64,000 nt of DNA from Bacilli bacterium (GCA_050949315.1 JBMNFL010000001.1:864001-928000); one strand, 5' to 3'. Positions 28,035 to 37,152 are shown, numbered from the stretch's first letter. Translations and numbers: made by a program. Notes: generated by a model from the letters alone, not told the origin.

Positions 28035-30364
28035 TGCCGAACATACTACTTAAAAACGAGATAGGCGAGGACGTGGAGTACGAAAACGTGGACACCGTGA
28101 CGCTTCGAAAGGCCGAGGGCGGGACTGCTACCTTTACCCACGGTCTGCCCGAGCCGACCGACAACTGGCGCATGATACAGGATTACAGGGATTCGTCCTC
28201 AGGCACAGGCACCCCTCTGCGTAATCTGTATACTGTTCACTCATGTCAGCTGGATAACGGACATCTCGTCTCCTCAAGCCTTGCGGACTTCGGGCTTTGG
28301 CTGCAGTCCACCTATGACGCGATTAAAATAGACGAGCGAAACTTTACCAACATGTACACAGTGGACGGCGGAGCGTTGCTTCTTTTTGGAAGTGCCCTGT
28401 ATTTTTATGAAACAAATTTGCGTCAGCTCACCCTGCTTGACAGTTACTGTGGCTCGTTTGGAAAGCCCATACAGATTGGGGATAAATATTATATCGGAGG
28501 GTCTGTAAGGTGGTTTATCTTTGATTCTGCGGCAAAAGAAGTCTTGTGCATTCTTGACGGTCACGGAAAAACAAGCAGCATGCAGCCTACAAGCTGTGAC
28601 GTCGGTGAGTGTTGGTTTTTTTCTTTTAACTCATACATATCGGCACATGCAGAACTGCGTGGAATATATCGGCTGGATAAGGCGACGCTCGAATTTGAGC
28701 AAATATTTTCCGAGGGGTACAGATGGATGCAGACTTACCGCTCGACGGCGGCACTGAGCAGCAGCGGAATAGGGGCCACAACCGGGGGCGGGTGCATTAT
28801 GGATATGGGGGACGGCACGGTGCTTATTTCTTCAAGCACGGCATCAAACGGATCGGGCGGATTTTTAAGATATGACAAGGACACGAAAACCGTCACCCGC
28901 GTTACAAGCGCCGCCTACTACTGGATGTATTACAGCTATTCATATTACGCAGCCGCGATAGGCTCCCGTGACTGCTCCACACATATCATCAAAGACCACG
29001 GCGTCTGCCTTACACCGAACTCGGGACACAGCTCCTCGGTCGGCGGCATGTGGTGGTATGATTACGCGACAAAGGAATTGACGCAAATTACAACCTACGG
29101 ACGCTATTATTACTGGTACGAAAGCGATGATGTTGCAATCGGCACATACAGCAACTATGGATGTGCTGTTTATGATAAAAATACCCGGCAATGGTATGTT
29201 CCCTCGACCTCCGGTACCTGTTATTGCGCTGCTGTATCGGAAGACGGCATTATTCTCGGCGGCGACAGCGCATCCACGGGATTGAAATATTATGATTTTC
29301 AAACCGAACAGCTTACCATGATAAACTCCTCGGGGCCTTGGTACTACGCATGTACCGTGCCGGAGGGGTTTCTGCTCTCCTCCGGAACGACAACCCGGCT
29401 CGGGGTCTGGCTTTTCAGAACCTCGGATAAATCCTTTACACAGGTCTGGGACAAGGGGTACGCTTGGATGATGAAACGCTGGAATGACACGGTGGTTCTG
29501 GGCTCATATCAGACAAATCAGGACTACAACGCTATTCTGATGTTCAAGAACGGAGAGTTAACCTGTATCAAGGACACGAACGCTGTCCGTATGTGCTATA
29601 TGGAAACGGTGGACGACGGAATAATCGTCGGTCGTGACTCAAATTCCTACTGCTACTTCGTGGACGGCACTACGGGCGAGATAACTCAACTTTCCACCGA
29701 CAACGGCTACTTCGGCAAGTACTTAAGCTCATGGTACGGACCCGGCGACTATAACAGGCACTCTCACGAGTATAACCGTAAATTCGGCAACTACCGCGTC
29801 ATAAGCGGCTATTCCTCCGACGCGGGGCTTATTTTTGATGAGATAAACCACCAGCCGCTCAGAATTTATAACTGGCTGAAGACGTCGGATACACCAAGTA
29901 CAAGCTCTACCTACCGTCTCTCACTCAACCGCCCTGTTTTCTATGAGCTTGACGGCGGCTGGGTTTTTATTATAGGCTCGGTGGGCTACCCCGTGATGTT
30001 CAACTATATAACCGGCACGGCGTACAGGTTTTATTCTGACAGCTTTTATTTCGGCGAGCAGAACGAGCACCCGCTCTCGCCCTACATCGTGCAGATTCCC
30101 ACCGACGGCGGGTTTCTGCTTTTTTCAAAAAGGTTTGACTACAATGTTCAGGAGAGCAACCTTAGCACCTCTTTCAGCGAGGGGGTTTTATTTGTCGATA
30201 CCGTGCTTTACAAGGCGACAAAAGTTTATCCGAGCGGCTACTATGACACCTACGAGGAAACCCCCGGAGGGTTTTATATTTATCTCGGAGGTTTTGAATA
30301 TTCCCAAAAGCTCTACTGGGACGCAGCAAACAGAACCATGACGCAAATTATTTCAGAAACTTAA
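28034..30364 (+). CDS. Putative receptor-binding protein with beta-propeller-like repeats
   Basis: Y/W/G/S-rich; recurring GxxxYD..tk..tqi blades about every 40-60 aa. Confidence 0.5.
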   Translation: MPNILLKNEIGEDVEYENVDTVTLRKAEGGTATFTHGLPEPTDNWRMIQDYRDSSSGTGTPLRNLYTVHSCQLDNGHLVSSSLADFGLWLQSTYDAIKIDERNFTNMYTVDGGALLLFGSALYFYETNLRQLTLLDSYCGSFGKPIQIGDKYYIGGSVRWFIFDSAAKEVLCILDGHGKTSSMQPTSCDVGECWFFSFNSYISAHAELRGIYRLDKATLEFEQIFSEGYRWMQTYRSTAALSSSGIGATTGGGCIMDMGDGTVLISSSTASNGSGGFLRYDKDTKTVTRVTSAAYYWMYYSYSYYAAAIGSRDCSTHIIKDHGVCLTPNSGHSSSVGGMWWYDYATKELTQITTYGRYYYWYESDDVAIGTYSNYGCAVYDKNTRQWYVPSTSGTCYCAAVSEDGIILGGDSASTGLKYYDFQTEQLTMINSSGPWYYACTVPEGFLLSSGTTTRLGVWLFRTSDKSFTQVWDKGYAWMMKRWNDTVVLGSYQTNQDYNAILMFKNGELTCIKDTNAVRMCYMETVDDGIIVGRDSNSYCYFVDGTTGEITQLSTDNGYFGKYLSSWYGPGDYNRHSHEYNRKFGNYRVISGYSSDAGLIFDEINHQPLRIYNWLKTSDTPSTSSTYRLSLNRPVFYELDGGWVFIIGSVGYPVMFNYITGTAYRFYSDSFYFGEQNEHPLSPYIVQIPTDGGFLLFSKRFDYNVQESNLSTSFSEGVLFVDTVLYKATKVYPSGYYDTYEETPGGFYIYLGGFEYSQKLYWDAANRTMTQIISET

Positions 30365-30382
30365 AACAGGAGGATTTTAACT

Positions 30383-30796
30383 ATGGCATTTACTACTTAC
30401 GGCAGCACACAGGTGCTCAGCGGTCTTATTGGCAAAGGCTCGGGACCGCTCTCGAACTGCTACATTGCACTGTCAACAACCGCTCCAAATGCAGACGGCA
30501 CGAACTTCACCGAACCGCTTTCATCGGCGGGGTATGCGAGATCCATCATCGGTCTGTCAAGCACATCTGCCACTCAGGTGATGTCCTCGCCCTCGGGAGG
30601 GGCGACCTCGAACACAAGCATTATCTTCTTCCCGGAGGCGACCGCATCTTGGGGAACAGTGACACATTTCGGGCTTTACACCTCGCAGACGGGCGGCAAC
30701 CTTGTGCTTTACGGCACGCTGACAAATCCCATCGCCGTGGCGGCAAACTATGTGCCGCTTTTCCGTGTCGGCAATTTTTCGCTGACGCTTTCTTAA
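30383..30796 (+). CDS. Small tail fiber-associated structural protein
   Basis: YIALSTTAP..E..GYAR...FPEATASWGTVTHFGLY..TGGNL. Confidence 0.7.
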   Translation: MAFTTYGSTQVLSGLIGKGSGPLSNCYIALSTTAPNADGTNFTEPLSSAGYARSIIGLSSTSATQVMSSPSGGATSNTSIIFFPEATASWGTVTHFGLYTSQTGGNLVLYGTLTNPIAVAANYVPLFRVGNFSLTLS

Positions 30797-30811
30797 GGGA
30801 GGTATATTTAT

Positions 30812-30958
30812 ATGGAAGAAAAGAAAAAAGAACCGAAATATCTTGACATGTCGGCTCATGCAGAGGTTAATGTACAGGAGCTGCTCGAAAAGCTTATACC
30901 TCCGAAACCTTTGGGGATAACCGAAAAGGAGACGAAAGAAAATGACGATAACAACTGA
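30812..30958 (+). CDS. Small hypothetical protein (48 aa, not in ORF track)
   Basis: GGAGG RBS; MEEKKKEPKYLDMSAHAEVNVQELLEKLIPP... Confidence 0.5.
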   Translation: MEEKKKEPKYLDMSAHAEVNVQELLEKLIPPKPLGITEKETKENDDNN

Positions 30959-31211
30959 AACCATAATTACAGCGGCAGCGATAATAACCTCTCTTGTGGT
31001 TATCTTCGGTGCTATTTTTACGATTTTTCGCTGGTATCTGAAACAGGAAAAGCAGGATAGGGATATTAAGGACATCAAGGAAGAACAGCTGATTCTTACC
31101 ATCGGCGTGCTTGCCTGCCTAAAAGGTCTTGAGGAGCAGGGCTGTGACGGCCCTGTCACCGACGCCATCGCCAGTATTGAAGCTCACATAAACAAACAGG
31201 CACATAAATAA
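30942..31211 (+). CDS. Holin-like single-TM protein
   Basis: N-terminal TM helix plus coiled coil, GCDGPV motif, lysis-module position. Confidence 0.6.
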   Translation: MTITTETIITAAAIITSLVVIFGAIFTIFRWYLKQEKQDRDIKDIKEEQLILTIGVLACLKGLEEQGCDGPVTDAIASIEAHINKQAHK

Positions 31212-31225
31212 TGGAGGAAAGAACT

Positions 31226-31501
31226 ATGACAGACATAATGACCATACCCGCAATTGCGGCGATAGTTTACACTATAATTGATATTACAAAAACCGCTTGC
31301 GGTGGTGACGAAAAGTTCAAACGCTTCATTCCGCTCATATCCGCTTTGCTCGGCGCCGTATTAGGCGTCGTATCTTTTTTCTGTGTTCCGGGGGTTATTG
31401 AAACGCAGAATATCATTGTGGCAATAGTACTGGGAGCGGCAAGCGGACTGTCCGCTACGGGTACCAATCAGGTGGTGAAACAACTGACTAAAGATAAATA
31501 A
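31226..31501 (+). CDS. Holin
   Basis: 2-3 TM segments, RFIPLIS, GAASGLSATGTNQVVKQ. Confidence 0.8.
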   Translation: MTDIMTIPAIAAIVYTIIDITKTACGGDEKFKRFIPLISALLGAVLGVVSFFCVPGVIETQNIIVAIVLGAASGLSATGTNQVVKQLTKDK

Positions 31502-31562
31502 TTACTCAACAAAGCCTACTGTGGATTATTTCGTGGAATTATAAATCTATATTAAACCCATA

Positions 31563-31609
31563 AAAAACACAAGCTTATCGTGGAGAAATCTGCGGTAGGC
31601 TTGTGTTTT
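31563..31609 (+). terminator. Late-operon terminator hairpin
   Basis: AAAACACAAGCTTATCGTGG...CTGCGGTAGGCTTGTGTTTT inverted repeat. Confidence 0.65.
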
Positions 31610-31684
31610 CTAACTGGGGTTAAAGTGGACTCATTTTATTTGACAGACACTTGAGTAAATAATTTTAGAAAGAGGTTAACCGTT

Positions 31685-32101
31685 ATGACGAAAGAACAAA
31701 AACAGAAAATAACCGAACTTGCTGCCTTTGGAAAAGGCTATAAGTTCATCGCAGATTATCTGGGCGTTTCTCTGGATACTGTGAAATCCTATATGAGAAG
31801 AAACAGTATAAAGGTAGCTGCGGTGCAGATTCAGCAAAAGACGTATGAGGGGGTCCTTTGCCGCAATTGTGGAGCGGTGCTCGTCCATAAACCCGGATTT
31901 AAAAAGAAGTCCTTCTGCTCCGACAAGTGCCGCAGGAATTGGTGGAATGCACATGAATTCGAGATGAATAAGCATTCAGAAACACTGCATACCTGTGAAC
32001 ATTGCAAAAAGACATTCATGTCGTATTCCAGCCGTAAAAACCGTTTTTGTAGCAGAGATTGCTTTTATAAATTTAGAGCAGAGAAGTTTGCATTAGCTTG
32101 A
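31685..32101 (+). CDS. HTH plus Zn-finger regulator of the integration module
   Basis: GYKFIADYLGVSLDTVKSY HTH; CRNCG, FCSDKCR, CEHC, FCSRDC. Confidence 0.75.
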   Translation: MTKEQKQKITELAAFGKGYKFIADYLGVSLDTVKSYMRRNSIKVAAVQIQQKTYEGVLCRNCGAVLVHKPGFKKKSFCSDKCRRNWWNAHEFEMNKHSETLHTCEHCKKTFMSYSSRKNRFCSRDCFYKFRAEKFALA

Positions 32102-32188
32102 AAAATAATAAAAATAATCCCGGGAAAGGAGCGAGCCCATGCAGATTTTCGTTGTGAATTTGTGTGTACTGTACGCATGGGCATTATC

Positions 32189-32359
32189 ATGCTGAATAAA
32201 AATGAATTAATGAATGAAGCCAACTACCTGGCATCGGTAAAGATTGCTAAAGTGCTCCTGAATGCCGGTTTTGTGACTGAAGGGGAGTACAGCATAATAT
32301 GCACAAAATTAAGAGCCGAATACCGGCCAATAATCTACAGTTTATTATCCGGAGAATGA
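32189..32359 (+). CDS. SHOCT-like small protein
   Basis: EANYLASVKIAKVLLNAGFVTEGEY; typical gene preceding tandem recombinases. Confidence 0.65.
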   Translation: MLNKNELMNEANYLASVKIAKVLLNAGFVTEGEYSIICTKLRAEYRPIIYSLLSGE

Positions 32360-32392
32360 CTTGCTATTTACTACTTATTGAGTTATATATAG
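32360..32392 (+). promoter_or_regulatory. Repeated phage promoter-like motif, copy 3 (upstream of recombinases)
   Basis: TTGCTA-N17-TATATA. Confidence 0.5.
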
Positions 32393-32424
32393 GACGACCC
32401 ATAATATATAGGAAGGAGTTCTCC

Positions 32425-33702
32425 ATGAACATTGAGACCATTGAAGCTAAAACGGTGATACAGCCCAGGTGGAAACGAGTAGTTGCCTATGCGAGAGTTT
32501 CAGTTGAAGACGAGCGATTGACACGTTCCCTGAAAGCCCAGATACAGCACTATAGCGACGTGATACCTGCCACCAAGGGCTGGAAGTTTGCCGGGGTTTA
32601 TTCGGACGAATATATAACCGGAACAAAGAGTGAACGACCCGGTTTCCAGAAAATGATGGCTGACTGTGAAGCCGGCTCAATAGATATTATCCTTGTGAAA
32701 TCCATATCACGACTTTCTAGAAATACGGTTGACCTGCTTGATACATGCAGGCGTTTGAAGAACCTGGGAATTGAGGTTCGATTTGAAAAAGAGAATATAA
32801 GTACATTTACCTCAGATGGGGAGCTGATGTTAAGCCTGCTTGCATCCTTTGCCCAAGAGGAAAGCCGCTCAATATCCGAAAATGTGAAATGGGGCATCCA
32901 TAAGGGCTTTGAGAAAGGCCACAGCACCCATTACAACGTTTACGGTTATCAATATAACGGAAAGGAATACAAGATTGTACCAGAGCAGGCTGAGGTGATA
33001 AAGCAAATCTACGCCGGTTTCCTTGCCGGAGGAACTGCTGAGCAGTTGGTTAAGCAGTTCAACACAAAAGGCATTCCCGGACCAAAAGGGGGGAGCTTTA
33101 ATGCCGGAGCGGTCCGTAGAATTCTCACCAACCTATGCTATACAGGCGATAGCCTTCTACAGCGGGAATACATTGAAAACCACATTACCCATAAACGAAA
33201 AAAGAACACCGGGGAGCTTGCCATGTATCTGGTCGAGGGCACTCACCCGGTGATTATTTCAAAAGAGACCTATGAGGCGGTACAGGCGGAGTTGGAGCGT
33301 CGAAAGGTCCTGGGTCGGGACTCGGAGTTCTACCAGCGTAACTGGTATACTCGAAAAATTTACTGTGGAGAGTGTGGCGCTACTATGCGGCACATGGACA
33401 AGGCTGCATTTAATGGCGGCCGACGTGCCGGAAGTTTTGTATGCCGGATAAAAGACCGGAAGGGAAGTGCATCCTGCTGTTCTGAGCGAATTTCAGAGAG
33501 GACATTCAAAACAATCACAGCTGAGGTTCTTGATATAGATGAGTTTACACCGGTAGACTTTACCGAAAAAGTAACTCGGGTGACGATTTACAAAGACCAC
33601 AGGATGGTTTATGAGCTTCCGGGCGGAGAACAGATTACTAAAACGTGGATTAAGGAGGGAAGACAGAGTGAAAAACGTAACAATAATACAGCCGAAGATT
33701 AA
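32425..33702 (+). CDS. Large serine recombinase 1
   Basis: AYARVS catalytic Ser, KSISRLSRN, recombinase domain, CGECG Zn ribbon. Confidence 0.93.
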   Translation: MNIETIEAKTVIQPRWKRVVAYARVSVEDERLTRSLKAQIQHYSDVIPATKGWKFAGVYSDEYITGTKSERPGFQKMMADCEAGSIDIILVKSISRLSRNTVDLLDTCRRLKNLGIEVRFEKENISTFTSDGELMLSLLASFAQEESRSISENVKWGIHKGFEKGHSTHYNVYGYQYNGKEYKIVPEQAEVIKQIYAGFLAGGTAEQLVKQFNTKGIPGPKGGSFNAGAVRRILTNLCYTGDSLLQREYIENHITHKRKKNTGELAMYLVEGTHPVIISKETYEAVQAELERRKVLGRDSEFYQRNWYTRKIYCGECGATMRHMDKAAFNGGRRAGSFVCRIKDRKGSASCCSERISERTFKTITAEVLDIDEFTPVDFTEKVTRVTIYKDHRMVYELPGGEQITKTWIKEGRQSEKRNNNTAED

Positions 33703-35218
33703 CCAATTAACAAAAGCAGTGGCAGAGCAGAAACAACTCAGACGGGTTGCCGGATATGCACGCGTATCAACCGACCGGGATGAGCAGTTCACAAGCTACG
33801 AGGCCCAGGTTGATTATTATACCAGATACATTAATGAGCATGAAGGCTGGACCTTTGTAAAGGTTTATACTGACGAAGGTTTGACCGGTACCAGCACCAA
33901 GCGACGCGTCGGCTTCAACGAGATGGTTCGGGACGCACTGGACGGAAAGATTGATTTGATAGTCACTAAGTCAGTCAGCCGGTTTGCAAGAAACACGGTA
34001 GACAGCTTGGTTACCATCCGCAAGCTTAAAGAAGTTGGCTGCGAGTGTTATTTTGAGAAAGAAAATATTTATACATTTGACGGAAAAGGTGAATTACTGC
34101 TGACTATCATGAGTTCCCTGGCACAAGAGGAAAGCCGGTCGATTTCTCAGAACGTCTCTTGGGGTATGAGAGAGAGCATGCGCCAGGGTAAGGCTTATGT
34201 TCCATACAGCATTTTCCTTGGTTATGACAGGGGAGAGAATGGCGAGATGGTCATAAACACTGAGCAGGCAGTGATTGTCCGCCGTATTTACGGAATGTAC
34301 CTGCAGGGCCTTAGCCCTAACCGTATTTGCAAGATACTGACCGATGAGAAGATTCCATCTCCGGGCGGCAAAGATAAATGGTTCATTACTACGTTGAACA
34401 GCATTCTCACAAACGAAAAGTACAAGGGCGATGCGCTTCGTCAGAAGACCTACACAAAGGATTTTCTTTCCAAACAGAAAATCAAGAACGACGGAGACAT
34501 GCAGCAGTATTATATCACTGACCACCATGAGGCTATTATCCCGCCGGAGATTTTTGACCGTGTAAAGCGCGAGATGAAACGCCGTGGTACTTTGGGAGAG
34601 AGGCGTTCCGGTGGTCAGCTGTTTTCACAGAAAATAAAATGTGCTGACTGCGGTTCCTGTTTTGGACCTAAGACTTGGCACCCCCACACTAATTACACCA
34701 AAATCATCTGGATATGCAATGACAAGTACAAGAAAACAAAGAAGAAGTGCTCCACACCTCATTTCTACGAGGATGAGTTAAAGGCCATCTTCGTTTCCGC
34801 GCTGAACCAGCTTATAACCGACAAGAAGAGGATTATATCGGTTTTCGATGCTATCAAGGATACGGTTTTCGGAGTTCAAGGTTTTAAAGCTGAAGCAAGC
34901 AGCCTAAACAGCGAAATTAAGGTAGTTGCCGGCTTGGTCGCGGAAGCTCAGGATGCCGGGAACGAAGGAACGATAGACGGACTGCTTAAAAGGTATAAAA
35001 TTGCGCAGACCAGGCTGGAAGAGGTCCAGAAGGAAATGGAGGACCGTCTCCTTAGGAAGTCTGAGGTAGACGGCTTTATCCGGAAGCTGCATGCCCAGGA
35101 GTCATTCATCACAGAGTTTGACGAGGACCTCTGGTACACCTTGGTAGATTATATGACTGTCTACGCAAAGAACGACGTTCGGGTGACCTTTAAGGACGGA
35201 ACAGAGATAAAGGCGTAA
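33668..35218 (+). CDS. Large serine recombinase 2
   Basis: GYARVST, KSVSRFARN, CADCG Zn ribbon, coiled coil. Confidence 0.94.
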   Translation: MKNVTIIQPKINQLTKAVAEQKQLRRVAGYARVSTDRDEQFTSYEAQVDYYTRYINEHEGWTFVKVYTDEGLTGTSTKRRVGFNEMVRDALDGKIDLIVTKSVSRFARNTVDSLVTIRKLKEVGCECYFEKENIYTFDGKGELLLTIMSSLAQEESRSISQNVSWGMRESMRQGKAYVPYSIFLGYDRGENGEMVINTEQAVIVRRIYGMYLQGLSPNRICKILTDEKIPSPGGKDKWFITTLNSILTNEKYKGDALRQKTYTKDFLSKQKIKNDGDMQQYYITDHHEAIIPPEIFDRVKREMKRRGTLGERRSGGQLFSQKIKCADCGSCFGPKTWHPHTNYTKIIWICNDKYKKTKKKCSTPHFYEDELKAIFVSALNQLITDKKRIISVFDAIKDTVFGVQGFKAEASSLNSEIKVVAGLVAEAQDAGNEGTIDGLLKRYKIAQTRLEEVQKEMEDRLLRKSEVDGFIRKLHAQESFITEFDEDLWYTLVDYMTVYAKNDVRVTFKDGTEIKA

Positions 35219-35560
35219 TTCGTATGCTGCTTTATAGATGCTTTTAGAAGCAGAACTGTACACACCCGCACAAGCAGCGGTAGGTGTGGAACTGCGACAA
35301 GATAACCACTTGCCACTGCATAGTTATGTGGATTTTACCGCTAAACCTCCGTAAAATTGGCAAGGTTTTTTGCATCCTTTTTGAATTTATGCTGTTTTTT
35401 ATCCCTGCAAAACTTGTAGAAATATATTTTGAAAAAATTGCCTTTGTTCAATAGGCATTATTTAAGCGTAGAAAATAATGCTTTTAAACAAAAAAAGAAT
35501 GTAGCATACTTATAAAAATGCTATATTCTTTTTTAACATGGTGTTGAAAGGATGGAAGAT

Positions 35561-35637
35561 AATACACCCTGTCAATAAACTAAATCGACACCCTGTTTTG
35601 AAAAGTGACACCTACTTAAAAAATAGACACCGACACC
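35561..35637 (+). repeat. Phased (T/G)ACACC repeats near the right att site
   Basis: TACACC 35563; GACACC 35587, 35607, 35626, 35632. Confidence 0.55.
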
Positions 35638-35686
35638 AACGTTTTTATAAAAATCGTTTTCAAGCATCAAAATCGATAGTACCTTT

Positions 35687-36361
35687 TTCTCAATGAACTC
35701 AACTGTCACAGCCACCAATATGAAAGTTAAAGTAAAAACCACACATCACTTACAGATTAAAGAAGCTCTCGAGGGTACATACGGTGAAGAAGTTGATTTT
35801 GATGATACCGCAACAGCATATGTCCCAACCTCCTGCGATAACACTAACGAAACCTTAAAATGGTATAAGGTTAAGAATTATACTGGTATCAGTTATACAG
35901 AAGGAACTTATCACGTAGATAACACAAGATTTGAAGAAGCTAGCGCTGGCGATTATTACAAAAAATCAGTAAAAATTAAATCGGTTTCTGCTGATGCTGG
36001 TAATTTAGTAGCACTTTTTAATGTTACAGGGGATGACGAACATGCTGTTTCACCATCTTTGAGAGTTATGTTAGTATATGGAGCTAGCGTAAAATATATT
36101 TATACCCCTACTGGTGTTAGAGATTCATATAAGGCTATTAAAAATCTTAAAGAAGTAGATAAAGCAGAAGAGGGTGAAACCATAGTTGTTAGCGGTGATA
36201 CAAGCGTCTTAATTAGCGAATTAACTGCTGATCAAGAGTATACAATTGATATTTATATCTGGTATGAAGGTCAAGATACTGCTGCCTGTCAATCAGAAAA
36301 TATGGAAGCTGGCGCAACTACTGGGTTAACTGTTGGTATTTCATTCGTTGTTGATGACTAA
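35687..36361 (+). pseudogene. 5'-truncated SipW-signal secreted protein (TasA/pilin-like), interrupted by the prophage
   Basis: Begins FSMNSTVTATNMKVKV, identical to the downstream paralog after its TYAW motif; no signal peptide; in-frame TAA at 35648. Confidence 0.8.
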
Positions 36362-37136
36362 TGATAAAAAAGTTAAAAAATTATTTGCCGCTGTTGCAAC
36401 ATTAGGTTTAGCGCTTGCCGCTACGGTCGGATCAACCTATGCCTGGTTTTCTATGAACTCAACTGTAACGGCAACTAATATGAAAGTTAAAGTGGAAGCT
36501 CAGAAAAACTTATTAATTACCACGACATCTGGGAGTTATGTTGGCGGTCCAACAACCGTTGATCTTTCAATAGATAAAGATACTTTAGTCCCCACGTCTT
36601 GTGATGCCACTCAACCAAGCTTGAACTGGTATAAGGTTAAAAATTCTACTGGTATTAATTTTTCATCAGGAGCAAAGGGTGATGATACTACTTTTCAAAC
36701 GGCCTCAGCGACTGAAGGAGACTATGTAAAAACAACATTCTATATCAAATCAGTTGGCGAAGGTGCTGAAAGTTTAAGGGCTGCTGTTTCAGTAATGGCA
36801 GGAGGGGGAGGAACCCATATAGTTGATAGAGCTTATCGCGTTTTAGTTGTTGTCGATGCTGAAGGTGCTAGTAGAAAAGTTTATGCTCCAATTGCAGGTC
36901 ATTCAACAGGGTATTACACTATTAAAGGTGTTGATGTCAATGATAAGCCACAAATGAGTACGGGAACAGTTACTCCCGATGTAGCGGATAATGTTATTTT
37001 GGCAGAATTAGAGGCTGACACCGAATATACAGTGGATGTTTATATTTGGTGTGAGGGTCAAGATGACGCTTGTACATCTCTAAACGCTGTAAGTCTAACA
37101 CCAACAACCTTCCAAATTGCCTTAACTGTTGAATAA
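36354..37136 (+). CDS. Secreted protein with SipW-class signal peptide (TasA/pilin-like)
   Basis: KKVKK-hydrophobic-GSTYAWFS signal; shares VPTSCD and YIWxEGQD..C with the upstream paralog. Confidence 0.8.
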   Translation: MTNDKKVKKLFAAVATLGLALAATVGSTYAWFSMNSTVTATNMKVKVEAQKNLLITTTSGSYVGGPTTVDLSIDKDTLVPTSCDATQPSLNWYKVKNSTGINFSSGAKGDDTTFQTASATEGDYVKTTFYIKSVGEGAESLRAAVSVMAGGGGTHIVDRAYRVLVVVDAEGASRKVYAPIAGHSTGYYTIKGVDVNDKPQMSTGTVTPDVADNVILAELEADTEYTVDVYIWCEGQDDACTSLNAVSLTPTTFQIALTVE

Positions 37137-37152
37137 GAAGAACAAAATTTAT

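Larger units (their letters stand above)
1..35686. mobile_element. Integrated siphovirus-like prophage (PolA/SNF2/tandem serine recombinase type), probably defective; left end outside window
   Basis: Ordered replication, packaging, head, tail, holin and recombinase modules; GC visibly higher than flanking DNA; abrupt junction into a 5'-truncated host gene at ~35,686. Confidence 0.93.

Noticed and set aside
3271-31168. Long antisense/alternate-frame ORFs (e.g. 3271-4053, 7166-7951, 11383-12342, 17230-18192, 21607-22470, 30557-31168)
   Set aside because: Shadows of GC-rich sense genes; no motifs or RBS
25764-31684. Diversity-generating retroelement acting on the Tyr/Asn-rich tail protein
   Set aside because: No reverse transcriptase and no TR/VR repeat pair found by eye in the window
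35240-35325. Possible remnant of a third recombinase Zn-ribbon (VWNCDK..C)
   Set aside because: Too short and frame-broken to support
35561-35637. CRISPR-like array
   Set aside because: Repeats are only 6 bp with ~14-bp gaps; no cas genes
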